Below are positions 12,321-25,971 of a stretch of 64,000 nucleotides of DNA, piece after piece. The translations under genes and the position numbers were made by a program. Below the pieces are notes generated by a model that made no database searches, had not been told where the DNA came from, and was given only the letters and a program-made list of their open reading frames with translations. This DNA comes from Mobula hypostoma (taxonomy: Eukaryota), in contig NC_086097.1 of the NCBI RefSeq assembly GCF_963921235.1, positions 237,338,001 through 237,402,000 of the forward strand, given 5' to 3'. Position 1 is the first letter of the stretch, and the number at the start of each line of letters is the position of its first letter.

Positions 12321-14387
12321 TATAGCCTAGTAAATCCACTGCCAGTGATAAGGAAGTAACCAGAAAGAAATTCTCTGTTCTGTATCCTATAGGTGTTTAA
12401 AAAGACACATGAATGTAAGGAAAATGGGAGCCTATGGATATTGTGTAGGTAGAGGATTAGTTAGGTTGGCCATTTGATTAATAATTTAATTGATTCAACA
12501 CAACACCGTGAACCAAAGGGCCTGTTTCCGTGCTGTGATGTTCTATATTCTAATCCGGAGGGACAAGATTAATCCATGCTTGGAAATGAAGGGATTAATC
12601 AAAGATAGGTCACCATGGCTTTGACAAGGGAAGATCTGTCTGAACAACCTGATCAAACCTTTGAAGGGATATTAAAATTTGTTGATCAGCACAGTGCAAC
12701 TATGTTGTCTGCATGAACTTAAATAGGGACTTTTTGATAAGGTCCCAAAATGGGTCGAGCTCACATATGTAAAATCAAGACAAGTTTACAAATATATCTG
12801 TTAGCTTGTCGCTTTGCATTTTGGCCAAGCAACACTATGAAGATAAGTACAATGAAGAGAAATAGAATTCCAGTCATTACATCTGGCCTTGGATAATCTT
12901 TTCATGACAGTCAGAGAGAACGACACCACGTAGTTCTCTACTCCTTTCTTTCTTTTGCTCTGGTGCTCTTTGGCGTGAAGGTATTGCTGGAACAAGTTAC
13001 CCCACGTGATGGGAAGGTCGCCAGCACGCAGGTTGCCGCTACAAATTTTGCCAGCTTTTTTCTGAGTATTCTATGTCTTCTCCTTTGATAAATTTGGATT
13101 AACTTCATTCTCTAGAATATGAAAAGTGGAGCCAAACCTTTGGAGTAACTCAGGGCTCTTAGTATTTACTGTTAGTAGCCAACTAAGGTGCTACTCCAAC
13201 TGTCCTAATTTCAAAGAATAAATGCTCAAAGTAAATTTATCATCAAAGAGCATATATGTCACCATCTACAACCCTGAGATTCATTTTCTTGTGGGCATAC
13301 TCAATAAATCCATAATAGAATAATAACCATTAAGAAAAAGGCTGCACCAACTTAGGAGTTCAAACAGTGTGCAAAAGACAACAAACTCTGCAAATACAAA
13401 TAGAAAGTAATAATAAATAAATAAACTATAAATATCAAGAACATGAGGTGAAGAGTTCATTGGTTGTGGGAACATTTCAATGATGGTGCAAGTGAAGCTG
13501 AGTGAAGTTATCCCCTTTGCTTCAAGAGCCTGATGTTTGAGGGGTAGTAACTGTTCCTGAACCTAGTGATGTGAGTCCTGAGGCTCTTGTACCTTTTTCC
13601 TGATGGCTGCAGCGAGAAAAGAGCATGACCCGGGTGGTGAGAGATCCCTGATGATGGATGTTGCTTTACAGAAGACAATGGTTTAAATCTTCTTCATACA
13701 TGGTGTAAAGCTGAAGAAGAATGATGAAGCTTTGTCTTGATTGACCAGTTTAACTGTGAGCTGAAGTCAATGGAAAAGCTGAGAAGAAGCATAAATGTCC
13801 ATTTTGCAAGTTTCGGCTGATTTCCCACCAGTAAATCATTTGGAAATTCCAGATGCTGGTATTGATTGCTCATCACTTTCACTCAAGGAGCTGATTTGAC
13901 CAAAGAGAGAACCAGACTAGAGTAACTAAATTAATTATTTGAGTTCTCAGTAAAACTGATTAGGTTATTGAACAGTGGAATTGATGATAAAGTAGCATGC
14001 ATGGTGTAGTGCGATTTTAATGAAATGGAACTTCATAATGTCGCTTTAGAGGAATTCTGCACGGCATCTAGATCAGGTTACTACTACAACAAGAAGCGGC
14101 TGAATTTTGCTGGGTGTACACACAGCTCTCTTCAAAAGAGTGAGGAATTATAGAGTTTACTTTTACTTCATAAGAATTAGGTGATCTTGTGAAACTTATC
14201 GAATATTGAAAGGCTGAGATAGAGTGGAGGTGGAGAAGATATTTTCTGCAGTGGTGGAGTCTAAGACTAGAGGGCATAGTCTCAGAATACAAGGATGACC
14301 CTTTAGAACAGAGACGAGGAGGAATTTCTTCAGTCAGAGGGTGGTGAATCTGTGGAAATCATCACAACAGACGGCTGTGGAGGAGGT

Positions 14388-14995
14388 CACAAACAAGAGA
14401 AAATCTGCAGATGCTGGAAATTTGAGCAACACACACAAAATGCTGGAGGAACTCAGCAGGCCAGGAAGCATCTACCAAAAAAGTACAGTCCATGTTTCGG
14501 GCCGAAACCCTTCAGCAGGACTGGAGGAAAAAAAGCAGAGGAGTAGATTCGAAAGGTGGGGGGGGGGGGGAGGAGAGAAACGCCAGGCAATAGGTGAAAC
14601 TTGGAGGGGGAGGGGTGAAGCAAAGAGCTGGGAAGTTGATTGCTGAAAGAGACAGAAGGCCATGGAAGAAAGGAAAGGGGGGGGGAGGAGCACCAGAGGG
14701 AGGCAATAACATGAGAGAGGGACAAGGGGATGGGAAATGGTGAAGTGGTGGGGGGAGGCATTACTGGAAGTTTGAGAAATTGATGTTCATGCCATCAGGT
14801 TGGAGGCTACCCAAACGGAATATAAGGTATTGTTCCTCCAACCTAAGTGTGGCCTTATTCCGAGAGTGGAGGAGGCCATGGGTAAATATATTGGAATGGG
14901 AAGTGGAATTAAAATGGGTGACCACTCGGAGATCCCACTTGTTCTGGTGGATGGAGGGTAGATGCTTGGCGAAGCGGTGTCCCAATTTATGTCAG
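14388..14995 (-). mobile_element. Older PLE subfamily 3' fragment (GIY-YIG C-terminus plus 3' region); degenerate hammerhead at 14487-14522
   Basis: ORF 14761-14985 (RFAKHL...VVTHFNSTSHS...RLEEQYLIFRLGSLQPDGMNINFSNF). Confidence 0.85.
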
Positions 14996-15064
14996 TTACC
15001 GGGCGGTCCCAAAAGCCATTGGTTTTTCTGTCAGCCCTTTAAGGGCCCCGATTAGGGTCAACGG

Positions 15065-15748
15065 AAAATGCAAAAATCCTCAAAAAGGAGGAAACTGTGG
15101 CTACTGCGTGTCTTCCCTATATTTCCACAGGTTTTGGAAGGATCGCCAGGATCCTGAAGAAAAAGTGGATTAATACCATCCATGAACCCAGAAGGAAGCT
15201 CAAATTACAATTTATGCAAGTCAAAGATGACCTGGGACTCAGGTCGATTGACGTTTACAGGATTGTCTGTGAATGCAGAGCAGCGTGTATTGGCCAGTGT
15301 ATGGTGCACGGTGGAAACCAGCATCAAGGAGCACAGGAGGCGTATTCATATGCGTTACCTGCAGAAATCAGCAGTAACAGAACACTGCATTCGTAATGGC
15401 CATAGGATTGACTTCAAAGGCATAAAAGTATGGTGCCATGCCAATGGCTTTTGGGACCCCTTGGTATAGGAAGCCATTGAAAAAAACGAGAGGAAAAGAA
15501 TTTTTAATAAAGTCTAAGGTCTCGCTCTAAGTAAGAACTGGAATTCGATTGTAAACAAGGTGGGAGGGCAGAAACCTGATTGGGTAAGGACTGACCAATC
15601 AGGAGGGGTGGACTGTGGAGGTATAAATACCACTGGACAAGACATGCCCAGGCATCATCCCTGATGAAGATAGCAGAGTTTGTCATCGAAACGTCAGTTA
15701 TAATCGATAGCTGTACCAGGCTGGAAGCTGGAGAAGAGTTTATTCATC
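15065..15748 (+). mobile_element. Second, distinct PLE family (Poseidon-like): GIY-YIG endonuclease fragment plus 3' region
   Basis: Frameshifted LPYISTGFGRIARILKK..VKD..VYRIVCEC.A.CIGQ..IKEHRR..KSAVTEHCIRNGHRIDF..EAIE..NFN. Confidence 0.8.
15657..15700 (+). ncRNA. Minimal hammerhead motif of the second PLE family
   Basis: CTGATGA A GATAGCAG-AGT-TTGTCATC GAAAC GTC: intact core, stem II of about 8 bp with one mismatch, ACGT stem III; stem I is weak. Confidence 0.6.
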
Positions 15749-15749
15749 A

Positions 15750-16155
15750 ATCTTCCGTCCTTGGACTCACTTTACACCGCACGCTGTCGGAGCAGTGCTG
15801 CCAGGATAATCAAGGACACGACCCACCCAGCCAACACACTTTTCATCCCTCTTCCCTCCGGGAGAAGGCTCAGGAGCTTGAAGACTCGTACGGCCAGATT
15901 TGGGAACAGCTTCTTTCCAACTGCGATAAGACTGCTGAACGGATCCTGGCCTGGATCCAAATATCCGGACCTGCATCTTGGTTTTTTTGCACTACCTTAC
16001 TTTCCATTTTTATATTTTCTATTTATGATTTATAATTTAAATTTTTAGTATTTACTATAAATTTGTAATCCAGAGAGCAGGAAGCGCAGAATCAAATATT
16101 GCTGTGATGATTGTGTTTTAGTATCAATTGTCTGGCGACAATAAAGTATAAAGTA
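15750..16155 (+). mobile_element. Rex1/Babar-like LINE 3' fragment
   Basis: ORF 15761-16048 (AARIIKDTTHPANTLFIPLPSGRRLRSLKTRTARFGNSFFPTAIRLLN); (TAAAGTA)n tail. Confidence 0.8.
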
Positions 16156-19100
16156 ATTGACTTCTTTCTCCAGAATGTCAGAATACAAATGCCTCACTGC
16201 AAAGGCTTAAGGATATAAACAATATATCCAGCTTTTATTTAAAGAACTTCCACAATTATTACATGAGAATTCAAGAAGTCTGTGCACATAGAAACAGAAC
16301 ATAGAACACTACAACACCTTTGGCCAATGATGTTGTGCTGACTTTTTTTTAACCTGTTCTAAGATCTAAGCCTTCCCTCCAACATAACTTTTCAATTTTC
16401 TACCATCCATATGCCTACCTAAGAATTCTTTAAATGCCCCTAATATATGTGCCACAGCAGCTTGCTTTTCTGGTACTCCATCCACCTCACTAAAAAGTTA
16501 TTGCCAACATCACTGGCACCCAGGTATGGATCATCCACTAAAGGAACAGCCTCGTCTGACAGCTGCTGGTGTAAAGTGTTACATTTCCCACTATGCTACC
16601 AAGCCTCAGAACTCTGCAAGATGACTCTGACCCGGAAAAAAAAAGGCTTGCATTTTACACAGCACAACTGGAGGAGGCTCAGAAGTTCTGCAGCACGAAG
16701 TATTTCAAGTGCAAGCACTGATTTACGGAAGGAAGTGCAAACAGCAAAAATGCTAAGCTTAGTACTGGAAACAGATGGTCATTTTTGAGACAGGTACCAT
16801 TTTTGTCACTTACTTGGCCCACTGAAAGCATAGACATACCAGGCTGAGCTTGAAAAAAAAAATTACATTCAACTTATTTAACATTATGTTAAGCAATTTA
16901 ACTTCCCAATCTATCAAAGTCATTGTATTGCTCGTACGAGTCTCAAACAAAATTCACTGTGAAATACACAGCAGGTCACCCAGCATTCTTTAGAACAGAG
17001 AGTCTTTGACCAAAACCATTAACTCTCAAAAATAATTGTACTGCCATCTATAAGCTGTATGACCTCTGAAAATGAGGGACACACAACACCCCATCCGCAG
17101 TGAAGCAGAAGTTAATATTTTGACAGCAACTGCCTCTTACTTTTGCTGTTTGCACAACTTGTTTCTTTTCTCTGCACATTGGGTGTTTGACAGCCTTCCT
17201 TTTTTTTAAGTGGGTTCTATTGGTTTTCTTTGTTTTGTGGCTATCCAGTAAGGAGACAATTCTCAAGGCTGTGTATCTCAAGGCTGAGAGGAAAATGCAT
17301 CAGCTATGATGAATTGGCAGAGCAGACTCGATGGGCCAAATGGCCTAATTCTGCTCCTGTATCTTATGATCTATAGTGTACATGCTTTGATAATCAATGG
17401 ACTTTGAACTCACAGAAACATTGTGAGCAATGAAAACACATTCCTTATTCCTTCCTCACCCTCCCCACACCCCCCTTCCAATGATCCAACTGCCTTCTCT
17501 CTACTGTTTATATATTTATTTATTGATTCAGATACAGTGTGGAATAGGTCCTTCAGGCTCTTTGAGAGGTGCTGCCCAGTAATGCCTAATTTAATCCTAG
17601 CCTAATCACATGACAATCTACAGTGACCAATTAACCTACCAATCAGTACGTCTTTGGACTGTGGGAGGAAACCCACGCGGTCACGGGAAGAATGTATAAA
17701 TTTCTTACAGGCAGTGGCGGGAGCTTAATTCATTCTATGATTCATTCTATTAAACAGGTGAGCTAGATGCCAGAAGAAACAGGATCCTCCATGATACATA
17801 CAGAACTGGTTCATTACAAGCCAGCTGAAGTATTTGTCAGAAGCCTAAACAGGCAAATTAGCAATTGCTTTCCTAATAGGGCAGGCCTCTGAACAGATTA
17901 TGGGTTGGAAAAGACCCAGGCAGGCATGTTTGAAATTCAATTTTAGATTTTCTTGTAAACCATAAGAAGCATTTGTACTCCCCTGAGCTTCTCTTGGCTG
18001 GTCTCACCCTTTTTCTATTTATAATTGTTTCAGTGAACTTTCAGTCCTCAACCAAGGCTTTAAGCTGTCAAGTTCTAGCAGGCCAAGGTGTACAGGAATT
18101 AAACTGGGCAGGTCTCCAGGCTTGTGGGTGTCTTGTTCAGGAATTAATGACCAAAGTTCCCACAGGAGATAGAGAACAGAATAAGGAATGCTATAAACTC
18201 ACAGGACATTTCAAAAAGAATTAAGGGATAAATGATCAAATTGGAGCCTGGCTCAGCCTTACAGTATTATGGTAGTGAGATCGTTTGAGTCTAGTGTGAT
18301 GTTCTCCTCAGGGGTTGTCTATTACTGAGTCCTGTAGAGGTCAATCTGTGATCCATATATTTTGGTGCAGAGTGGGCGAGAGTAGGTTGTTAGTGGTTGG
18401 CTCTTTTAGTTCTTCAGTCTCTCCTTTCGCAGCTGGTGCTTAATCTTCTCAGCACAATGGAGGTCATTTTCATATAACACAGTCCCCTCTTCAGCAGATT
18501 TCCTCCAGATCTATCTATTGAGTGCAATGTCTCCCCAGTTTTTAGATGTAATGTTGAATTTCTTCAAGCTGAGTTTGATGTTACCTTTAAAGTGTTTCTT
18601 TAGTGATCCAGGAGCTCACCGACCTTCCTTCAACTTTGAGTGAGGTTTGTTTGGGGAACCGGGACAGCATGCCCTATCCATTGGAGTTGGTGTTGCTTTA
18701 TCGTGGTGGAAATGCTGTTCGTGTTGGCCTCCTCCATTATGCTGGTGTTCATTCATCTGTCCTTCCAGCTGATCCTCAAAATCTTCCATAAGGTTCTCTG
18801 ATGGTATTATTCGAGGGCTTTCAGGTGCCGACTGTAGGTAATCTATTTTTTGTTGTTTGCTGGGGGCTAGATTTGTGGCATTCATGACTAGTGATCCCGA
18901 ACTACACAAGAAGGCCTATGGAAGGCACATTTACGAGTGAAAAAACAATTCAAATTGAAAAATTGGATGCATGTCATCTCTGGCAGGGGTTACAGTCCAT
19001 TACTCCCTATAATGCAAAACCATCGACCTTTATGCATGCTTTGAAAGGGAGAATAGAACTTCATCTGTGTGAATCCTTGCAGCATCTGGTGATCCTACAG

Positions 19101-20314
19101 AGGTTGAAGTTAGAAAATCTTTCAGGAGGGTGAGCCCTCGCAAGGTGTCAGGTATTCAGGTATTTAGCTGTTGCCTAAAAACAATCAATTATATGACATA
19201 CCAGTGATAATAAACCTGATTCTGATTCCATACAGTATTATAGGAAGAACAGCTACTGTACCTACATCTCAATCCCCAACAAAAATAGTTGTATATGAAC
19301 AACCAACTGTACTTTGTCATGCAAATCCATCACTAAGGACCCCCATCGCTTAGGACGTGCCTCCTTCTCATTTGGTACCATCAAGGAGCTTGTACAAGAG
19401 CCTCATGACACACACTCAACATTTCAGAAACAGCTTCTTCCTCTCTGCCATTAGATTTCTGAATGGACAATGAACCCACGAACACAACCTCACTATTTTA
19501 TTATTTCTGTTTTTGCACTATTATAATTTAACGATTTAATATACATGTACTGTATATACTTACCGTAATTGATCATCGGCATGTGTCATGAAATTTGTTA
19601 ACTTAGCAGAAGCAGTTCAATGCAGTGCAAAATATAAAAGAAGATAATAATAAAAAATAAATAAATTTACAGTATACATATATTGAATAGATTGAAATCG
19701 TGCAATAAACAGGAATAATTATATATCTAAAACGTGAGTAGTGTTCATGGGTTCAATGTCCAATTAAGAAACGGATGGCAGAGGGGAAGAATTTGTTCGT
19801 GAATCACTGAGTGTGTGCCTTCCGGCTTCTGTACCTCCTACCTGATGGTAACAGTGAGAAAAGGGCATGCCCTGGGTGCTGGAGGTCCTTAATAATGGAC
19901 GCTGCCTTTCTGAGACACCGCTGCTTGAAGACGTCTTGGGTACTTTGTAGGCTAGTACCCAAGATGGAGCCGACTAAATTTACAAACCTCTGCAGCTTCT
20001 TTCAATCCTGTGGAGTAGCCTCCCATACCAGACAGTGATGCAGCCCATCAGAATGTTCTCCACAGTTCATCTACAGAGGTTTTTGAGTGTATTTGTTGAC
20101 ATACCAAATCTCTTCAAACTCCTAATGAAGTATAGTCGCTGTCTTGCCTTCTTTATAACTGCATCAATATGTTGGGACCAGGTTAGGTCCTCAGAGATCT
20201 TGACACACAGGAACTTGAAACTGCTCACTCTCTCCACTTCTGATCTGTCTATGAGGATTGGTATGTGTTCCTTCTTCTTACCCTTCCTGAAGTCCACAAT
20301 CAGCTCTTTCATCT

Positions 20315-20769
20315 CCAGCCCCTTGGTATGAACATAGAATTCTCAAACTTCCGGTAATTCCCTCCCCATCCTTTCCCCTATTCCTATATCACTCTGCCCC
20401 CTCCCCCAGCTGCCTATCACCTTCCTCATGGTTCCGCCTCCTTCTACTATCCATTGTGTTTTCCCCTATTCTTTCTTCACCTTTCCTGCCTATCACCTCC
20501 CTGCCTCCCTTCTCCAACCACTTTATCTTTCCCCACCCCTTTATCTTTCCCCTCGCTGGTTTTTCACCTGGAACCTACCAGCCTTCTCCTACCCACCCTC
20601 CCCCCACCTTCTTAATGGGGCCTCTGCCCCTTCCCCCTACAGTCCTGATGAAGGGTTCCAGCCTGAAATGTCGACTGATCGTTTCCACGGATGCTGCCCG
20701 ACCTGCTGAGTTCCTCTAGTGTGTTGTGAGTGTTGCTTTGCCCCCAGCATCTGCAGATTATTTTATGTT
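20315..20769 (+). mobile_element. PLE 3' fragment nested in the Rex1 element; TSD TCAGCTCT(T)TCATCT at 20300-20314 and 20770-20783; hammerhead at 20641-20676
   Basis: AGTC CTGATGA AGGGTTCCAGCCT GAAAT GTC GACT, followed by the ccagcatctgcaga tail. Confidence 0.8.
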
Positions 20770-21778
20770 TCAGCTCTTCATCTTACTGACGTTGAGTGCC
20801 AGGTTGTTGCTGCGACACCACTCCACCTGTTGGCATATCTCACTCCTGTACGCCCTCTCGTCTCCATCTGAGATTCTACCAACAATGGTTGTATCAACAG
20901 CAAATTTATAGATGGTATGTGAGCTATGCCTAGCCACACAGTCATAGGTATAGAGAGAGTAAAGCAGTGGGCTAAGCACAGACCCCTGAGGTGCACCAGT
21001 ATTGATCATCAGCAAGGAGGATATGTTATCACCAATCCACACAGATTGTGGTCTTCCAGTTAGGAAGTCAATCCAATTGCAGAGGGAGGTACAGAGGCCC
21101 AGGTTCTGCAACTTCTCAATCAGGATTGTGGGAATGATGGTATTAAATGCTGAGCTGTAGTCGATGAACAGCATCCTGACGTAGGTGTTTGTGTTGTCCA
21201 GGTGGTCTAAGGCCGTGTGAAGAGCCATTGAGATTGCATCTGCCGTTGATCTATTGTGGCGATAGGCAAATTGCAGTGGGTCCAGTTCCTTGCTGAGGCA
21301 GGAGTTCAGTCTAGTCATGACCAACCTCTCAAAGCATTTCATCACTGTAGATGTGAGTGCTACCGGGCAATAGACATTACGGCAGCTCACATTATTCTAC
21401 TTAGGCACTGGTATAAATGTTGTGTTTTTGAAGCAGTGGGATCCTCCGCCCATAGAAGTGACAGGTTGAAAATGTCCTTGATTACTCCCGCCAGTTGGTT
21501 GACACAAGTTTTCAGAGCCTTACCAGGTACTGCATTGGGACCTTCGCCTTACGAGGGTTCACCCTCTTTAAAAACAGCGCAACATAGGCCTCTGAGACAC
21601 AGGGTCACCAGGTACAGCAGGGATCTTCACACTTGTAGTTATATTCTCCCTTTCAAAGTGGGCATAGAAGACATTGAGTTCATCCGGTAGCGAAGCATTT
21701 CATGCTATTGGGTAACGTCTTGCAAACCCTGCCAGAGTTGTCGTACATCTGATGTCTCCTCCAACTTCGTTCGAAATT

Positions 21779-21852
21779 TAAACGCAAACAAAGCCTCTTC
21801 CTATAGATGCTGCCTGGCCTGCTGCGTTCACCAGCAACTTTGATGTATGTTG
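21779..21852. mobile_element. 74-bp PLE fold-back micro-insertion with a 14-bp TSD (CTTCGTTCGAAATT at 21765-21778 and 21853-21866)
   Basis: About 13 bp of the reverse-complemented 3' terminus (taaacgcaaacaa), then about 60 bp of sense sequence ending at GTTG|CTT. Confidence 0.85.
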
Positions 21853-22789
21853 CTTCGTTCGAAATTGTCTCTTTGCCCTTGAAAAAGCCCTCTGCAAATC
21901 ACACCTGGTTTTCTGGTACAGGCCTGGGTTGCCAAACTTGAATGCCACAGATCTGGCCTTCAGCAGACGACGTACCTCCTGGTTCATCCATGGCTTTTGG
22001 TTTGGGAATGTACAGTATGTCTTTGTAGACACACACTCATCCACACAGGTTTTAATGAAGTCAGTAACAACTGCAGCATACTCATCCAGATTCGAAGATG
22101 AATCTCTGAATACAGTCCAGTCCACCAATTCAAAGCAGTCCTGTAGGCGCTCCTGTGCTTCCCTTGTCCATACCTTCTTGGTCCTCACTGCTGGTGCTGC
22201 AGTCTTCAGTCTCTGCCTATACTCAGGGAGTAGAAGTACAGCCAGGTGATCAGACTTCCCGAAGTGAGGGGGTGGAATAGCACGGTAGGCATTCTTGATG
22301 GTGGTGTAACAGTGGTCCAGTGTGTTGTTTCCTCTGGTATTGCAAGTAATCTGTTGATGGTAATTGTTGGGTGATTTTTTTCAGACTGGCCTGGTTAAAA
22401 TCTCCCAGGATGATGGTGAAAGCATTAGGGTGTGCTGTTTCTTGCATGTTGATTCCATTACTCAGGTCATCTAAAGCCTGATTGACATTGGCCTAAGGTG
22501 GAATGTATACCGTTACCAAAATGATCCTGGAAATCTCCCGTGGTATGTAAAATGGACAGCACTTTACTGCTAGCTATTCCAGGTCTGGTGAGCAGAATTG
22601 GGACAGCACTGATATATTTAGGCACCAAGAAGAGTTGATCATGAGGCATACTCCTCCATCTCTGTTTTTGAGAGACTCTATAGATCTATCCTGATGGTGT
22701 ATAGTAAACCCGTCTATATGAATCGCTGCATCTGGTACAGAAGGGGTTAACCAGGATTCCGTGAAACAAAGGATACACACAGTCCTTTG

Positions 22790-23233
22790 TATTTTATGTA
22801 TTGAACTGTACTGCTACCGCAAAAAAATAACTAGTTCCATGACATATGTGAGTACTTCGTTGTGGACTGAGTGTGGGAAAGGGGTTGGGGGGAGGAGGGG
22901 GAATCGTTGTTGGGAAAAGAGAAAAGGGAAAAAGATAGGGGAGGCCCCAGGAAGCACCAGATAGACATTCTGCAATGATCAATAAATCAACTGTTTTGAA
23001 TCTAATGGCTTTGCCCGGTGTCTCAGGGCTGGGTGTGTCTGCACCTCAACCACCACCACCCCCACCCCCGGCACTCCTTCTCTGTCATCTGTTCCACACC
23101 CCTCCCACGGTGCTCCACCCTCACCATTCCCAACATCCGTTGCTCCCACCAGATTTATGAACTCACTCTCCACTCCACTTTGAAAAATGCAGAACTATTC
23201 AAAAGTCTTGGCCTAAGACTTTGCATAGTACTG
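22790..23233. mobile_element. Composite non-autonomous repeat ending in a Tc1-like mini-MITE (23190-23233); second copy at 39309-40055 in opposite orientation
   Basis: Body is the reverse complement of 39462-39975; palindromic end cagaactattcaaaagtcttggcctaagactttgcatagtactg. Confidence 0.65.
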
Positions 23234-23297
23234 TATAACTAATTTATTATTATAATTTGTAGCTTTTTATTATAATGTATTGCACTGTACCGCTGTT

Positions 23298-23790
23298 CTA
23301 CCTCTGGCTATCCATCCCATAGGATGATGATGGTTCCTTCCAGTCAGTTAGTGGGGTTTGATATGTGTGTGTTGAGGATACCCCACTCCTCAGAAAGGAA
23401 CAGCGTGTGCGTGGATGGATTTTAGGTGAGTAGGGGGCTGCGCAGGTCCAGACCCACCCTCTCAACATCTCCTCCCGGATCCAGTGGCATGATGGGGTTG
23501 AAGACGGCTGGGGGAAGTTCTGTTGCAGTGAATAGCCGGACCAAGCTTCGATGCAAGGGATGCCCTTTCCGCGCTTCACGGCACGTGTTTGCTAGATGGC
23601 CGTTGACCCTATGAGAGGGTTCATCCGCCCTTTGACAGGTCTTGTTTTTCATCCTGCAGGGTGTCTAGCCACCCTCCTCGGCAGGCAAGCCTGGTGGGGG
23701 AGCCGGTTTAGTCACCGACCACCCGACCATGCGACAGGTAGTACTGGGTTACATGATACCAGCAGCACTCAGACCAGTGACCTGACGAAC
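23298..23790 (-). mobile_element. GC-richer SINE-like insertion with an RTE-like 3' end; family unassigned
   Basis: CpG-containing block interrupting a LINE tail. The minus-strand end ccatcatcatcctatgggatggatagcc resembles the hairpin 3' end of the RTE at 7418-7460. Confidence 0.4.
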
Positions 23791-24294
23791 TGCTGTTACT
23801 GTACTTCTCCTGTACTGCTGTTACAAAAGCAAGAAAACAAGTTGTACTAAACAGTTATACTAAAACTGATTCTGATCCTGGAAAAAATGCAACACCTGCT
23901 TACAATGATGCATTAAGATTTCAAAAATCAGTGACAGTGGCCAAGTGGTGGATGTGTGGAGAAAGTAAAGTCTGGAGATGCACTAATGAATGCCATGCTT
24001 CACACGATGAAGGGAACTGAGTCACAGAACAGGATGACATTAAAAACTGCAAAATATCTAGCAGATTAATTGAAAAACAGTTGATGACATTAAGGAAACA
24101 GCCAAGCGTGACAAAAGGCTTCAAATAAATGATTAAGATTAGTCACTCTAAGGATAATAATCCTTTATATTGACAGTGTTTGAAACCATAATTAATTTAT
24201 CCAGAATTGTTACTTTGCAATACAGAAAATACAGACTGTATTTTATGATTGGTAGGATATCATGTGCTGTTCTTTGCAATTATATTGGTTTATT

Positions 24295-24508
24295 GCAACA
24301 CACAAACATTGCTGGAGGAACTCAGCACCCAGGCAGCATCAACGGAAATGAATAGATAGTCGATATTTTGGGGTTAGACCCTTCTTCAGGATGAAAACGA
24401 TGTCTATCTATTCAGTTCCATTAATATTGTCTGACCTGCTGAGTTCCTTCAGCATTTTCGTACGTGTTGCTTTGGATTTCCAGTATCTGCAGACTTTATT
24501 GTGTTTGT
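24295..24508. mobile_element. Old PLE fold-back insertion
   Basis: Inverted arm starts at gcaacac; sense arm ends in the ccagtatctgcaga tail; degenerate hammerhead at about 24358-24393 (-). No clear TSD. Confidence 0.7.
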
Positions 24509-25143
24509 ATTTATTTATTTATTGAGATACAGCACGGAATAGGCCCTCTGGCCTTTGAGCCACACCGCCTAGCGATGAACTACAATTAAGTAACTACTGC
24601 TTAGAAATTGGAAGTAACCCTCTTTTAGTACTCGAAACATATGTGACATGTAAAATTCCGGCCGAAAGAAGTGAAATCTGGCAAAAAGTGCATTAAGTGC
24701 AATGCACTGGTATTTTGCGCACCAATTAATATGCCCGAACTAGAGCTGTATGCAGAGCAAGCAAATTAAAGAGATTTTTTGTTTCCCCCAGTGTGTTGAA
24801 TAGGAGGATGGTGCCTAGAACATATATTGTTTTAAAGGATGCATATTGGGAGCTATCACTTTCTATAGCTAAGTCAGCCTTTGAAATGACCAAACATGAG
24901 ATCTTGTATATAAATCTGCAGAGAGACCAGAAGACCGTTTGCAATATTTAATTTTGTATTATGCATCAGGTTCTATTCCATCTATAGGACTGATGCAAAC
25001 ACACGGCACCACTCCTTACACTGATTTACCTGTATCACAATTTACAATTAAGGACTCAAGACAACTATTATGTGCGTTTTTCCAGATGTTTGCATTAAAA
25101 AATATAAGAGCTTGCTAATAGTCATAATATATCATGTTTCTTA

Positions 25144-25971
25144 TGTTACGTACCCCATAACTGGGTTGCCAAACCAGCAGAAATGGACCACTTAGTTGGA
25201 GTCTGGATTACTGGAACTAAGAAAGTTTTATTAAAGAAATAAGTAACAGTATTCTAATAGCAAGGATATAAATGCAACAGGTTAGCAATGATAAAACACA
25301 CATGTACACAGAACTAGGATAATAGGAATCAATCAAGCTCTATCGCAGTCTAGGGGTAAAATGATCAGTCTCAAGTGACGCAGAGTTCAGTTCAGCTGAG
25401 TACAGTTCGCAGTAATCGCTGTTGTGCCGTTGGAGAGAGAGAGAGCGAATGCAGATTTCGATTCACAGACCTTTGATGTCCCTCGCAGTTAGCTTTCGGC
25501 GCAAGCCCTTTTAATGTCTTCTGAGGTCACCAACTATGACCTCTCCCTTCCGGATACGATCGTTCTTCCGCGGTGAACCTGGCACCCAGGCAAGGGCGGA
25601 CACACACACCAGGTTCCCGTCGATCGTACCTTTACACCCTGTGCGTCTATGGTCGGTCCCGTGATCAGACCTCCAAACTCGCACCAACTTGTGGGGGCAC
25701 ACTGCACTTCCAGGGTCTCATTATCTCATGATCTCGTGGTGTCTGTCTTGCCTTAGCGAACCTGTTCCTTTTATCCCCCTGCTGGGGTATCACCTGTCCA
25801 TCAAACTTCAAACAGTTCAGGTTCAAAGCAATCGGTCTGTCAATACTCGGAACTGTGTCTCTTTTCGTTAATCTGTCTCGTCTCTCATTAACATTTTTAA
25901 CGCTTCTCCCTTTTGTCTCTCTTATCTCTCTCATCAGCCTCAATCTTCTGATAACTTGGTTTTTCGTCACA
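25144..25971 (-). mobile_element. Putative solo LTR (about 830 bp)
   Basis: TGTTACG...CGTCACA termini; AATAAA on the minus strand near 25230; CpG-rich relative to the flanks. The flanks (ctta/ctcc) do not form a clean TSD. Confidence 0.6.

Larger units (their letters stand above)
19575..22780 (-). mobile_element. Long Rex1/Babar-like LINE (endonuclease, RT, 3' UTR), frameshifted, carrying two PLE insertions
   Basis: [67 protein letters not shown] and KARQRLYFIRSLKRFG in collinear order. Confidence 0.9.
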
